From: Balneolaceae bacterium
GTDB lineage: Bacteria; Bacteroidota; Rhodothermia; Balneolales; Balneolaceae
Direction of reading: 5' to 3'
DNA length: 54,967 nt
Assembly (NCBI GenBank): GCA_007123985.1
Contig: SLGA01000214.1
Coordinates: forward strand, 1-54,967
Shown piece after piece: positions 19,462 to 29,978 of the stretch; the stretch's first letter is position 1; each line of letters begins with the position of its first letter. Below the pieces are notes generated by a model. The model worked only from the letters and a program-made list of their open reading frames with translations. It was not told the DNA's origin and ran no database searches. A program made the position numbers and the translations under genes.

Positions 19462-21978
19462 TTGTATCACGTGTTAAGAATAAAGCACATCTTTATATTT
19501 TTATTTATTGCTCTATCGGGAACACTCATCATTCAGGATTTAAAGGCTCAGGAGACCGGAAGAATTCAAATTCAGGATCCTACCCAAAATCCGCCACGCG
19601 AATTTGAAATTCGGGAAGTAACGGTTACAGGTCTTGTAACCGGTCGCGAGGCACATATTCTTGCAAGCAGTGGTCTAAGAGCAGGAAACACCATTCAAAT
19701 TCCTGGTGAGGCAATTTCCAATGCCATCAGGCAGCTGTACAGAATAGGCCTCTTTTCTGATGTGCAGATTTTACACGAAAGAGTAGGTGGGAATGGTGTT
19801 GTCATCGAAATACGAGTGCAAGAGCAGCCCCGCTTGCATCGATATGAGATTGAAGGTCCCCGCAGATCTCACCGGCGCGATTTGCGTGAGAAATTAAATC
19901 TGATTTCCGGTTTTGCATTTACCAACACCGTAAAAGAACAGGCGCTCAGTACTATACGCCGATACTACCGCGACAGAGGTTATTGGGATACAGAGATATC
20001 AATCCGGGAAGAGCTGACCGGTGACGAAAGAAATCGGGTTATTGTAACCTTCGAGATTGATCCCGGAGAAAGAATTAAAGTGAGAGAAATCAGTTTTTCC
20101 GGAAATGAAGAATTTTCCGACAGACGACTGAGAAAAGAATTTTCCACAATTAAAGAAGACCGATGGTGGAGGATCTTCAAGAGGCATGTTTATACCCAGG
20201 ATGAGTACGAAGAAGGAATAGAAAATCTACTGAGTTACTATCGCAATAACGGATTTATGGATATCCGTGTGGTAGCTGATACGATTTATGTTGATGACTG
20301 GCGAAGAAAAGAGGGCGTATTTTTTAATATAAAAGTAGAAGAAGGCCCGCAATATAGAATCAGAAATATAGATTGGGAAGGAAACACCGTATACACGGAT
20401 GAACAACTCACTACATTTTTCGATTTTGAAAAAGGAGATATTTTTGATCAGGGAAGGTTTGATGATAATATAAGCGGAAGAAGAGACGAACGCGATATAT
20501 TAAGCTTGTACCAGAATATCGGGTACCTCTTTTTTGATATTTACCCCGACATTCAGATTGTTGAAGGAGATTCGCTCGACATAACATTTGAAATTGTAGA
20601 GGATGAAATTGCAACCATCCGAAAAGTATCTTTCCACGGTAATACAAAAACACACGATGATGTGGTACGCCGCACAATCCGTACCCGTCCCGGGCAAACT
20701 TACAGCAGATCGAATATAATTCGTTCCATTCGTGAACTGGGCCAGCTGGGTTATTTCAACCCCGAGGGCATTACACCCGATCTTCAACCAGACCGCGAAA
20801 ACCGAACTGTGGATATTATTTACGGTCTTGATGAAACACAGGGTACCGATAACTTTGAATTTTCTGGAGGTTTCGGTGGCCGGCAAATAGGTGTTATTTT
20901 AGCTGCCAGAGTCAATTTTAACAATTTCTCTGTTCGAAGAATGTTCGAGCCCGGAGGCTGGGCGCCGATTCCCTCAGGTGATGGACAGCGTCTTTCATTG
21001 GGTGTACAGGTTACCGGGCGTGGTTATCAAAGCTACAATTTCAGTTTTACTGAGCCATGGCTGCGAGGCAGGCCAACATCATTAGGTGTAAGCCTATCTT
21101 ACGATTTTCTCAACTTTGGCCGCCAGCCTTCATTCGGTGGATTTCAACAACCCGACCGGCGTAATGAATTATTTTCAGCAAGTGTGAGTATTGGTCGAAG
21201 GTTACAATGGCCCGATGATCTGTTCTCACAACGTACTGTGCTTACCTATAATCGATTTAATGTGCTTGGTTTCAGCAATGTATTTGATGACGGCAGAGCT
21301 GACCTTCTTACACTAAGGCAAATAATTGAGAGAAATTCTGTAGATAATCCGATTTCTCCTCGTGATGGCTCCAAATTCAGTATCTCTGGTGAAATTGCAT
21401 TACCGGTTCCCGGTTTTGCGCAGTTTTATAAATTAAAGACAGAATATCAGCATCACTATACGATTACGGGAAGGCTGGTATTAAGTGGTGTTGCTGAATA
21501 TGGTTATATGGGCTATTTCAGAGAGGGTAACAGAAGTAATTTCCAGCGATTTTTCATTGGTGGAACACAGATACAGCAACGCCAAAACTTTTTGAATGAT
21601 AACGTTGATCTTCGTGGATTCCCCGGAGGGTTTAACGGTGTAATTTCACCCCTTGATGACAATCAAAACCTTATTGGCGGCCGGGTATATAATAAATATT
21701 CATTCGAACTACGTTATCCTGCTGTAAGCTCCGAACAGTTACAATTAATACCCTATCTCTTTATGGATGCAGGTAATGCATTCAACGGGATGACAGATTT
21801 TGATCCGTTTGATGTAAAACGATCTGTTGGTTTTGGTGCAAGAATATTCCTGCCAATATTAGGCTTGGTTGATTTAAGCTACGGATACAGACTCGATGGC
21901 ACCCCCGCCTCAACAGAGGGACCCGGTTTACGCCCGGGAGAGTGGGAATTCCTGTTTAATATAGGTGCACCGTTCTAA
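19462..21978 (+). CDS. bamA: Outer membrane protein assembly factor BamA
   Basis: POTRA-like repeats (GNTKTHDDVVRR), barrel motifs FTEPWL and LRGF, C-terminal Phe; uppS-bamA-skp synteny. Confidence 0.95.
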   Translation: MYHVLRIKHIFIFLFIALSGTLIIQDLKAQETGRIQIQDPTQNPPREFEIREVTVTGLVTGREAHILASSGLRAGNTIQIPGEAISNAIRQLYRIGLFSDVQILHERVGGNGVVIEIRVQEQPRLHRYEIEGPRRSHRRDLREKLNLISGFAFTNTVKEQALSTIRRYYRDRGYWDTEISIREELTGDERNRVIVTFEIDPGERIKVREISFSGNEEFSDRRLRKEFSTIKEDRWWRIFKRHVYTQDEYEEGIENLLSYYRNNGFMDIRVVADTIYVDDWRRKEGVFFNIKVEEGPQYRIRNIDWEGNTVYTDEQLTTFFDFEKGDIFDQGRFDDNISGRRDERDILSLYQNIGYLFFDIYPDIQIVEGDSLDITFEIVEDEIATIRKVSFHGNTKTHDDVVRRTIRTRPGQTYSRSNIIRSIRELGQLGYFNPEGITPDLQPDRENRTVDIIYGLDETQGTDNFEFSGGFGGRQIGVILAARVNFNNFSVRRMFEPGGWAPIPSGDGQRLSLGVQVTGRGYQSYNFSFTEPWLRGRPTSLGVSLSYDFLNFGRQPSFGGFQQPDRRNELFSASVSIGRRLQWPDDLFSQRTVLTYNRFNVLGFSNVFDDGRADLLTLRQIIERNSVDNPISPRDGSKFSISGEIALPVPGFAQFYKLKTEYQHHYTITGRLVLSGVAEYGYMGYFREGNRSNFQRFFIGGTQIQQRQNFLNDNVDLRGFPGGFNGVISPLDDNQNLIGGRVYNKYSFELRYPAVSSEQLQLIPYLFMDAGNAFNGMTDFDPFDVKRSVGFGARIFLPILGLVDLSYGYRLDGTPASTEGPGLRPGEWEFLFNIGAPF

Positions 21979-21979
21979 T

Positions 21980-22522
21980 ATGATTAGAAATGTGCCAATA
22001 TTATTCGTAATTGGAGCTCTTTCTATATGGCCTGCAGCAGATATAATCGGCCAAAATCAGAAGTTCGGGTTTATAGATTCTGATATAATTCTGCAAAATA
22101 TGCCCGAATATTCGGGGATTGAACAGCGCCTCTCCCTGTTGAGTGATGGCTGGCGGCAGGAAATTAATGAGATGGAAACGGAATTGAATGAACTTGAACG
22201 AGATTTCGAAGCACGTGAAATTCTTTTTACTGATGAAATTCGTGAACAGAGGCTTAATGAAATCTCACAAAAACGGAATGAGCTGGACAGGTTAATTGAA
22301 AGAAGATTCGGGCCTCAGGGCGATTATTTTACAAGACAAAAAGAACTACTCGAGCCTATACAAAGATTGATATTTGATGCGTTAACACGAGTGGCAAATC
22401 GGGAAGATTTCGATTTTGTATTTGACAGAGCCAATGAAACCCGGTTTTTATTTACCCGGCAGCAGTGGAACCTGACGGATGAAGTGATGTTAGAATTAGG
22501 TATAGACGATCCAAGAAATTAA
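21980..22522 (+). CDS. skp: OmpH/Skp periplasmic chaperone (1)
   Basis: Signal peptide, QKFGFIDSDIIL..MPEY, coiled coil, FGPQG, DFVFD, LTDEV; ATG 21980. Confidence 0.88.
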   Translation: MIRNVPILFVIGALSIWPAADIIGQNQKFGFIDSDIILQNMPEYSGIEQRLSLLSDGWRQEINEMETELNELERDFEAREILFTDEIREQRLNEISQKRNELDRLIERRFGPQGDYFTRQKELLEPIQRLIFDALTRVANREDFDFVFDRANETRFLFTRQQWNLTDEVMLELGIDDPRN

Positions 22523-22563
22523 TTGAGATAAACCTTAAATTTGGTGCTAAAAAAAATCAGAAA

Positions 22564-23085
22564 ATGAAAAAAATCATTATAACCACACTGTTATTTATTT
22601 TGCCTACCCTGGCGATGGCTCAGCTGAAAATAGGGATCATGAGTCCCGATGATGTGCTTGATGCAATGCCGGAAGCCACTCAAGTGCAACAACAATTGGA
22701 GCAGTATATTCAGGAGCGTCAAAATGCGTTTCAAGTTCGATATCAGGATTGGATTAATGAACTCACAGAATATTCTGAGCAGGTTGAAGCAGGCGCATTG
22801 AGCGAGCAAGAACAAGCACGCCAGGAAGAACGCCTCATGGAGTTGCAGGAAGAGTTAAACAGTTTTCAGAACAGAATACAAAATCAGATACAACAGCGTC
22901 AGAATGATCTGTTCAATCCGCTATTAATTAAAGTTGAAGATGCGATGGCTGAAGTATCAGAAGAGCTTGGACTCGATTTTGTACTTAACAGAACTTCAAA
23001 TACCGGCGATCCAATCGTTTACTATGCCTCACAACGTGCCTCGGATATTACACAGCGCGTTATTGAAAAACTTACACAAAATTAA
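22564..23085 (+). CDS. skp: OmpH/Skp periplasmic chaperone (2)
   Basis: Signal peptide, LKIGIM, MPE, Q/E-rich coiled coil, GLDFVLN, DITQRV. Confidence 0.85.
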   Translation: MKKIIITTLLFILPTLAMAQLKIGIMSPDDVLDAMPEATQVQQQLEQYIQERQNAFQVRYQDWINELTEYSEQVEAGALSEQEQARQEERLMELQEELNSFQNRIQNQIQQRQNDLFNPLLIKVEDAMAEVSEELGLDFVLNRTSNTGDPIVYYASQRASDITQRVIEKLTQN

Positions 23086-23113
23086 CCCGATCCAACTTCA
23101 CAAATAGATTACC

Positions 23114-23659
23114 ATGAAAAATTTAAGCATCGTTTTTATAACACTACTAATTGCACTGTCAACTCTTTTGGTTGCACCGGCTGCAAATGCACAGGATATG
23201 AAAATCGGTTTTGTTGAACCGCGGGCAATTTTGGAACGAATGCCTGAAATGCGTGCTGTACAGCAACGCCTTCAGAATCTTGTTGAAAGAAAGCAGAATG
23301 AACTGGTTACAAAAGAGCGAGAGCTCCAAACTGAAATTGAATTGTATCAACAAAAAGTTGGTGTAATTTCTGAGCAGGCACGACAGAATGAAGAAGAAAG
23401 ATTAACTCAGCTTGATCAGGAATTCCGTCAGCTGCAAAATCGGGCACAGCAGGAAATTGAGCAGCAGCGAGCAAATCTTATGGCGCCGCTTCTTCAGCAG
23501 ATTCAGGAATCGATCAATAATGTAGCTTCACAGCGTGGTCTGGATTACGTACTCAACACCACCACTTCAACCGGTGATGTAATTATTTTGTACGTATCTC
23601 CTCAGGTTCAGGCTGAATATGCTATTACAGATGCAGTGATGGCAGATCTTGATATCTGA
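23114..23659 (+). CDS. skp: OmpH/Skp periplasmic chaperone (3)
   Basis: Signal peptide, MKIGFV, MPE, coiled coil, GLDYVLN, ITDAV. Confidence 0.85.
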   Translation: MKNLSIVFITLLIALSTLLVAPAANAQDMKIGFVEPRAILERMPEMRAVQQRLQNLVERKQNELVTKERELQTEIELYQQKVGVISEQARQNEEERLTQLDQEFRQLQNRAQQEIEQQRANLMAPLLQQIQESINNVASQRGLDYVLNTTTSTGDVIILYVSPQVQAEYAITDAVMADLDI

Positions 23660-23680
23660 TTGAATTATTGTCACCCATTT

Positions 23681-23717
23681 AAAAGGCGAAACTCTTTACA
23701 GGGTTTTGCCTTTTTTT
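23681..23717. terminator. Bidirectional rho-independent terminator
   Basis: AAAAGGCGAAACTCT-ttac-AGGGTTTTGCCTTTTTTT between the convergent skp and VWA genes. Confidence 0.8.
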
Positions 23718-24828
23718 ATTTGGTACGTTTTCTGCGGTTTTTTATGTAGTCCTCAAATATATAACCCCCCAGGTCATCAAGCGAGGAGTAATAAGCACGA
23801 CCTTTGTTTGCCTCTGTGAGTTCTCTTACAAAATTCTGCAAATATGGATCGCGTGCAATCATAAACGTAGTAATGTCGATATTCTCTTTTCTGCATTTAA
23901 CAGCTTCATCAAGAACTTTATTTACAATCTTACGGTCTAAACCAAAGCTGTTTTTGTACATTCTTCCGCCTTCGATCATGCATGAAGGTTTACCATCTGT
24001 AATCATGAAAATTTGTTTGTTCGCAAATTTCTTTCGCTGTAAAATGTGCCGTGCAACTTGTAGCCCTTGTAAGGTATTTGTGTGATACGGACCAACCTGA
24101 AGATAGGGCAGATCTTTCACTTCTATTTTCCACGCTTCGTTACCAAATGCAACCAGGTCGAGCGAGTCTTTTGCATAGTTATTCATAATAAGCTCAGATA
24201 GAGCCATTGCTACTTTTTTTGCTGGTGTAATTCTATCTTCACCGTACAAAATCATCGAATGGCTCAGGTCAATAAGCAATACTGTTGATACAGATGTGTA
24301 ATGATCAGTATGATAAACCTGCAAGTCATCTTCACGGAGTTCAAACTGATTTATATTGCTGTGTTTCAGCATATTCATCATCGTTCCGGTGCTGTCGATG
24401 TGTGTGATATCATCACCCGGCTTCCAGTGTCTGCTTTCTGGCTGTCGTTCCAAACCCTTTCCGGTATATGGTGTTTTGTGATTTCCCTGTCCACCCTTTC
24501 TTAGTTGAGTAAAAATATCTTCCAATGCTTTCTGGCGGATACTTCTGTTCGTTTTGGACGTAGGTATCATTACTGTATTTTTGTCATCAAACTCTATGTA
24601 GCCTCTCTCTTTAAGATCTTCAATGAAATCACCAATTCCGTAATTATTCTCAAATTGTTCTGTTACGTTGTATTCTTTATCAATCTGATTGAGCCATCTC
24701 AAAGCTTGTGAAACGTCGCCGCCGGCAATAGATAGTAAATCCTGAAAAAGATTGAAAAGTGTATCGAATGATGTTTTACCATCTTTCTTATGGAAGCGAT
24801 CCTCCCATTTTGAATAAATAAAATGCAT
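23716..24828 (-). CDS. VWA-domain protein (MoxR/chelatase-partner type)
   Basis: MIDAS motif DLSHS, TNT, ITDGKPS; helical N-terminal region. Confidence 0.85.
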   Translation of the reverse strand: MHFIYSKWEDRFHKKDGKTSFDTLFNLFQDLLSIAGGDVSQALRWLNQIDKEYNVTEQFENNYGIGDFIEDLKERGYIEFDDKNTVMIPTSKTNRSIRQKALEDIFTQLRKGGQGNHKTPYTGKGLERQPESRHWKPGDDITHIDSTGTMMNMLKHSNINQFELREDDLQVYHTDHYTSVSTVLLIDLSHSMILYGEDRITPAKKVAMALSELIMNNYAKDSLDLVAFGNEAWKIEVKDLPYLQVGPYHTNTLQGLQVARHILQRKKFANKQIFMITDGKPSCMIEGGRMYKNSFGLDRKIVNKVLDEAVKCRKENIDITTFMIARDPYLQNFVRELTEANKGRAYYSSLDDLGGYIFEDYIKNRRKRTK

Positions 24829-24937
24829 AAACTTATACTAAGTGGTGGCTCTGATTACTACCTTTACAACTCTGTTTCGAATAAAATCATTGCAATTAAA
24901 ACAGAAATAAGTGCAAGTAAAAGAAGTGAATGTAGAA

Positions 24938-25555
24938 ATGATTGACCGCTATTACTATGAAAAAAAACTCTGGAATGAAGGTTACAACCGGGTAATGGGA
25001 TTAGATGAAGTGGGCCGTGGCTGCTTATGTGGCCCGGTTGTAGCAGCAGGTGTTATACTGAAGCCCGAAAGCAGACTACATTCAGCAATACGTGATAGTA
25101 AAACTGTCTCACTTTCGCTGAGAAAAAAGCTGGCAGATGAGATTAAATCAACGGCCCTTTTTTACGCAATCAATGAGTGTACACCGGCAGAAATAGACAC
25201 TTTAAATATACTAAATGCATCTATCGAAGCGATGCTGCGATGTGCAGAGTCCAAAGGGGCTAACCCAGACTTTTTACTTGTTGATGGTAACCGCTTCACG
25301 AATACAATAGTACCACATCAATGCATAGTTAAAGGTGATAATAAATCTGTCTCAATAGCTGCTGCATCTATCCTTGCCAAAGTGCATAGGGATGAGTTTA
25401 TGGTAAAAATTCATGAAGAGTACCCACAGTATGGCTGGAATAAAAATGTTGGTTACCCTACCAAAAAACATTTTGAAGGTCTTGAGAGATTCGGCTATAC
25501 AGAGCACCACAGAAAGTCGTTTAAGCTGAGAACAGATAAAGAAATTTCAAAGTAA
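24938..25555 (+). CDS. rnhB: Ribonuclease HII
   Basis: GLDEVGRG..GPVVAA, DSK, VDGN, KGD, IAAASILAKVHRD, NVGYPT..H, HRKSF. Confidence 0.96.
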   Translation: MIDRYYYEKKLWNEGYNRVMGLDEVGRGCLCGPVVAAGVILKPESRLHSAIRDSKTVSLSLRKKLADEIKSTALFYAINECTPAEIDTLNILNASIEAMLRCAESKGANPDFLLVDGNRFTNTIVPHQCIVKGDNKSVSIAAASILAKVHRDEFMVKIHEEYPQYGWNKNVGYPTKKHFEGLERFGYTEHHRKSFKLRTDKEISK

Positions 25556-25558
25556 CCG

Positions 25559-26809
25559 CTATCTATAAATACTGAGCGACCGTTTGTTGAAATCAAGATT
25601 TAGGCAGATCGCCAGCATTATGGTATTGGTAAGAAACGCAGACCCTCCGTAACTAATAAACGGCAAAGGTATGCCTATAATTGGTAAAAGTGCTGTTGCA
25701 CTACCAATATTAATCACAAAATGTACGAAGTAGAGAAATGTAACGCTGATGATAACGAGCTGTGCGAACGGATGTTTATGTGTTGATGCCATGTGAAGTA
25801 ATCGCATAAAAAGCAGTGTATATAGAACAAGCATAATACCTGCGCCTATAAAGCCGAACTCTTCGCCTACTACACAAAAAATAAAATCAGTCCACTGTTC
25901 CGGCAAGAACCGAAGCTGAGTTTGAGTGCCTTCCATAAAACCCTTTCCGTGAAGCCCTCCTGAACCAATTGCAGTTTTAGCCTGTATCACATTCCACCCA
26001 CTGCCGAGCGGATCCAGTGAGGGATTTGCAAAGGCTTCGATCCGGGCTCGCTGGTGTGGTTGCAATACCTGATGAAGTGCAACTTCTGCCCCGATAATAA
26101 CCAATGCACCAAATACCAAAGAAGTAACGGTGAGCCACTTTCTTCTTTGTAAAAAAAAGATAAATATAGTGATAACAAGCGCAGTTATTATTCCCAGTCT
26201 TACATCAAGTACGGTAAAATAACCGATTAATGCGGGGGAAATCATCAGCAATGAAATACCGTAAGGCAATCCAGACCAAAAAAGTACGACTGGTAAAAGA
26301 CCAAGGTAAACAATGCCTACACCGGCTTCATTTTGTGCAAGTAATAAGATTACCGGCACCAAAAAGATTACTACTGTTACGAGGGCGGTTTTCAGGTTTT
26401 CGGCTGAAACATTTCTACGGCTTGTTAGATAACTGGCAGCTGCAAGAATGGTAGCTGCTTTCATAACTTCACCTACCTGTACATTAAACGGACCAACTCT
26501 GAGCCAGCTTCGGGAACCACTAACTTCAACGCCAAAAAAGATGGTAATCACCATTAATATCAAGCCAATACCGTAAAAAATATAGGCACCCTCCTGAAAT
26601 GTACGCGGAGAAACAAACTGAATTCCAATCAAAACTACTATTGAAATAGCAATCCAGGTAACCTGCCGGGTAAAATTATCGAGAATATATGATGGCAGAA
26701 ACTCTGCAACCGGCCCCTGTGTGGCACTATAAATGGCTACTAAGCCAATACTGAACAGACCAATCCAGATAAAAATAACCGACCAGCTGAATTCACGTTT
26801 ATCGTTCAT
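25559..26809 (-). CDS. rodA: Rod shape-determining protein RodA (SEDS)
   Basis: Multi-TM; GSRSW, QAKTAIGSGG, FLPEQWTDFIF, GEEFGF, PLPFISYGGS. Confidence 0.95.
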   Translation of the reverse strand: MNDKREFSWSVIFIWIGLFSIGLVAIYSATQGPVAEFLPSYILDNFTRQVTWIAISIVVLIGIQFVSPRTFQEGAYIFYGIGLILMVITIFFGVEVSGSRSWLRVGPFNVQVGEVMKAATILAAASYLTSRRNVSAENLKTALVTVVIFLVPVILLLAQNEAGVGIVYLGLLPVVLFWSGLPYGISLLMISPALIGYFTVLDVRLGIITALVITIFIFFLQRRKWLTVTSLVFGALVIIGAEVALHQVLQPHQRARIEAFANPSLDPLGSGWNVIQAKTAIGSGGLHGKGFMEGTQTQLRFLPEQWTDFIFCVVGEEFGFIGAGIMLVLYTLLFMRLLHMASTHKHPFAQLVIISVTFLYFVHFVINIGSATALLPIIGIPLPFISYGGSAFLTNTIMLAICLNLDFNKRSLSIYR

Positions 26810-28656
26810 TAATCGTCGGTTTCCTGAGTTATGGAGATGAGCTGCCCCGGAAAGTCATACAGTACATAATCAAGCACATGTTGCCTGTTAACTTCGCCTG
26901 TTAAATATTGCTCTATGATGAGCGATGCTATGGGTGCTGCAGATTGCGAACCAAAGCCTGTATTTTCAGTTAATACGGCAATAGCTATCTGAGGATTGTC
27001 CATCGGTGCGTAAGCAATAAACCAGCCATGATTTTCACCGTGAGGATTTTGGGATGTTCCGGTTTTTCCCGCCATATCAATTCCGGGGATGAGAGATCGC
27101 CACCGAGCACCTCCTTCTGTAATTACTCTGAACATACCTTTTTTCAAGGTCTCCACATCTTCATCACGTACCCACGAAATTTTTTCAAGAACAGGTTGTG
27201 TATAATCTATGCTACCGTCTCCGTTGCGAATACCCGATACTACATGAGGCTGGACTTTATAGCCACCATTCGCCAGTGTAGATGTGGCAACCGCCATTTG
27301 CAGTGGTGATGCGGAAACCATACCCTGCCCAATTCCCAGACTCATCAGATCACCTATACCCCATCTGCGTTCTCCAAACGTTCGGTTCATGTAGGTACTG
27401 TCAGGTATGATACCACTGCGTTCTGCCGGAAGATCAATATTATTCAACGGACCAATTCCAAAATCATTAATCAATTCAGCCCACTCATTCAATCGTCCGC
27501 GCGATGCGATTCTGTCCATAATCCAGAAAAAGTAGGTGTTGCTTGATTTAGCAATTGCAAGTTCAAGATCGTAATAACCCGGATCAGCTAAATCATTATA
27601 GCGACGGCCTCTCAGATAGAACCCCGGATTGTAGATTTGTGTCTGCGGGGTTACAAGTCCCATTTCTATGCCAACAAGGCCCATAAATGGTTTAAATGTA
27701 GATCCGGGAGGTTGCCTGGACGAAATTGCCCGGTTGTATAGTGGTGTATTAGGATCTGTGTTAAGGCTGCGCCAGTAATCTGCATCCATCCGCCCGGCAA
27801 GTTTTGAAAGATCATACTGCGGAGCACTTACCATCGCAATGACGCCACCGGTTTGCGGGTCCATTGCAACCAAACCACCTCGTTTACCCGCCATTATTTT
27901 TTCTGCAAGTGCCTGTGTTTCTGCATCAATTGATGTGATGAGATCTGCTCCTCTTATCGGTGTAACATTCAACCCTGCTCCTTCATAGGTGCCGAGAGAT
28001 TGTCCAAATGCATTTACACGAACATATTCGGTGCCAATTTCACCCCGGAGAAAATTTTCATAGGAACGTTCAAGCCCGCTTTTCCCGATTCGATCTCCAA
28101 GTCTGATTCTTTCATCTGCGCGGTATTCTTCTGGTGAGGCTTCTCTGAGGTAACCGAAAATATGAGGAGCCTGAACAGCCGTGGGGTAATGCCGTTTGCT
28201 TTCAAGCTGATGGCTGATACCGGGCAGTTGCCACGCATTTTCCTGGATCGCTGAGAAAACTTCAAATGGAACTTCTGTAAAGAGGCGAGAGGTTCGCTGC
28301 CATGAATACGCCTGGGCTGCCCGAATACGCTCTTGTACAATTTCTTCGTCAATTTGAAGAATTTGTGAGAGTAAAGGCAATTTATCCATCTGAAATTTCG
28401 ATGGGGTGATTGTGATGGAGTAAATGGGCTGATTTTCAACTAAAATAGTGCCGTTACGATCTAAAATAAGACCACGTGCAGGCTGCAGAACTTCCATCCG
28501 AAGTGAGTTCTGCATGCTTATGGGTGAGTAGGTTTCGTAGTCGATTATCTGAAGCTGAAATACCCGAATAATCATTACAATAAATCCGAACAGAATGATA
28601 CCCTGTAAAACCCGAATGGATGTTTTAACTTGATTTGAATTGCTTTGATTAGACAT
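26809..28656 (-). CDS. mrdA: Penicillin-binding protein 2
   Basis: RGLILDRNG, GKSGLE, SxxK (PGSTFKP), SxN (SSN), KTG; mre operon context. Confidence 0.95.
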   Translation of the reverse strand: MSNQSNSNQVKTSIRVLQGIILFGFIVMIIRVFQLQIIDYETYSPISMQNSLRMEVLQPARGLILDRNGTILVENQPIYSITITPSKFQMDKLPLLSQILQIDEEIVQERIRAAQAYSWQRTSRLFTEVPFEVFSAIQENAWQLPGISHQLESKRHYPTAVQAPHIFGYLREASPEEYRADERIRLGDRIGKSGLERSYENFLRGEIGTEYVRVNAFGQSLGTYEGAGLNVTPIRGADLITSIDAETQALAEKIMAGKRGGLVAMDPQTGGVIAMVSAPQYDLSKLAGRMDADYWRSLNTDPNTPLYNRAISSRQPPGSTFKPFMGLVGIEMGLVTPQTQIYNPGFYLRGRRYNDLADPGYYDLELAIAKSSNTYFFWIMDRIASRGRLNEWAELINDFGIGPLNNIDLPAERSGIIPDSTYMNRTFGERRWGIGDLMSLGIGQGMVSASPLQMAVATSTLANGGYKVQPHVVSGIRNGDGSIDYTQPVLEKISWVRDEDVETLKKGMFRVITEGGARWRSLIPGIDMAGKTGTSQNPHGENHGWFIAYAPMDNPQIAIAVLTENTGFGSQSAAPIASLIIEQYLTGEVNRQHVLDYVLYDFPGQLISITQETDD

Positions 28657-28659
28657 CTG

Positions 28660-29136
28660 CTATGAATCCTCCTTCACTATATGCAAGAAACTGCCGGTAA
28701 GTGCAGTAAATAACGGACTGATCAGCAGGAAACTCCAAAGAATATGTTCGGCTGAATACAATTCAGAAAAAGAGCTAACACCGAAAAGGAAAAAATTGTG
28801 CAGCATGGCCGAACTAAAAATAATGAGAAAAACCTGCCAAAAGATAAGTCTGTTTTGAGATATACGATTGAAGTATCCATGTAGTATAAATACAAGTAGG
28901 GTTTTTGAGAACATATTCAATCCCCATAAATCAGTCATGGCATCTTGCATAAAACTGAGAGATGCAGCCAAAAGAAGGCAAAAGGTTTTATCTTTCTTTG
29001 TGCAAATCCAGAGAACAAAGATAAGTACAAGATCAGCTTGCGCACCAAAAATTCGTAAATGGCGAAAAAGGATTACCTGGATGGCAACAATCCCCAGGCC
29101 ATACAAAAATAACCGTAAGTTTTGTGATCGTATCAA
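28660..29136 (-). CDS. mreD: Rod shape-determining protein MreD
   Basis: Hydrophobic 158 aa protein between mreC and mrdA. Confidence 0.85.
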   Translation of the reverse strand: MIRSQNLRLFLYGLGIVAIQVILFRHLRIFGAQADLVLIFVLWICTKKDKTFCLLLAASLSFMQDAMTDLWGLNMFSKTLLVFILHGYFNRISQNRLIFWQVFLIIFSSAMLHNFFLFGVSSFSELYSAEHILWSFLLISPLFTALTGSFLHIVKEDS

Positions 29137-29960
29137 AAGAGTTCCTGTTGCTCAGCGTTCAGGTTGATAATGGTAGTATCGGGTCTGAATTGTACAACAA
29201 AGCCTTCAGCGATTGTGTAGAGATCGGTGAAAGCTTCAAGATAAATGGTTTGTGTTTGTACTCCTTCATCAGGTTCAATACGTGTAACAACACCAATAGG
29301 AATACCTGCCGGGTATTGATTTCCAAAACCGGATGTTTGTACAACCTGACCTGGCTCTACGGGTATGGTTTCCGGTACATAGAGCATTACAAGTTCTTTT
29401 GCACCTCTGTCGGGCCATGATACAATGCCATAAGCACGGGTGCCTTCAATTTGTGCACTCACCCGAAACATCGAGTTTGAATAGGGAAGAACCTGCGAAA
29501 AATTATTCTGAGAAATGATAATCTGGCCAACCAGCCCATCTGAATTGATGACAGGCATACCCGGTTCAATCCCATCTGAAAGGCCGGCGCTTACTGTCAT
29601 TGAGCTGTTCATGCTTATGAGATCTTTGGCAACAATTTTTACAGGAACCAGCGGATAACTGCTCTCCTGTTGCAGGTTCAGAAGGCTTCGGAGGATTCTG
29701 TTTTGTTGCTCCACTGATCTGAGCCTGCTGAGTTCATCCTGAAGTAATATATTTTGCCGGTGCAGATAAGAATTCGTTGAAACGGCCTGTCGGTAAACAC
29801 GAATGTTGGAAAGAGGCTGTTCTAAATAGCTTAATGTGGCAACGGATATCTTTCGAAGATTTTGCAAACCGCCATCGTGCCTGCTTACCATCATACCGAT
29901 GGCAAGTAACAGAATAAATGCTGTTATGATGTAATCTTTAACATCAGCTATTTGTCGCAT
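29133..29960 (-). CDS. mreC: Rod shape-determining protein MreC
   Basis: TM, coiled coil, GMPVINSDGLVGQI, TSG..YPAGIPIG. Confidence 0.93.
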   Translation of the reverse strand: MRQIADVKDYIITAFILLLAIGMMVSRHDGGLQNLRKISVATLSYLEQPLSNIRVYRQAVSTNSYLHRQNILLQDELSRLRSVEQQNRILRSLLNLQQESSYPLVPVKIVAKDLISMNSSMTVSAGLSDGIEPGMPVINSDGLVGQIIISQNNFSQVLPYSNSMFRVSAQIEGTRAYGIVSWPDRGAKELVMLYVPETIPVEPGQVVQTSGFGNQYPAGIPIGVVTRIEPDEGVQTQTIYLEAFTDLYTIAEGFVVQFRPDTTIINLNAEQQELF

Positions 29961-29978
29961 TCAAAATTACGCAGTGTT

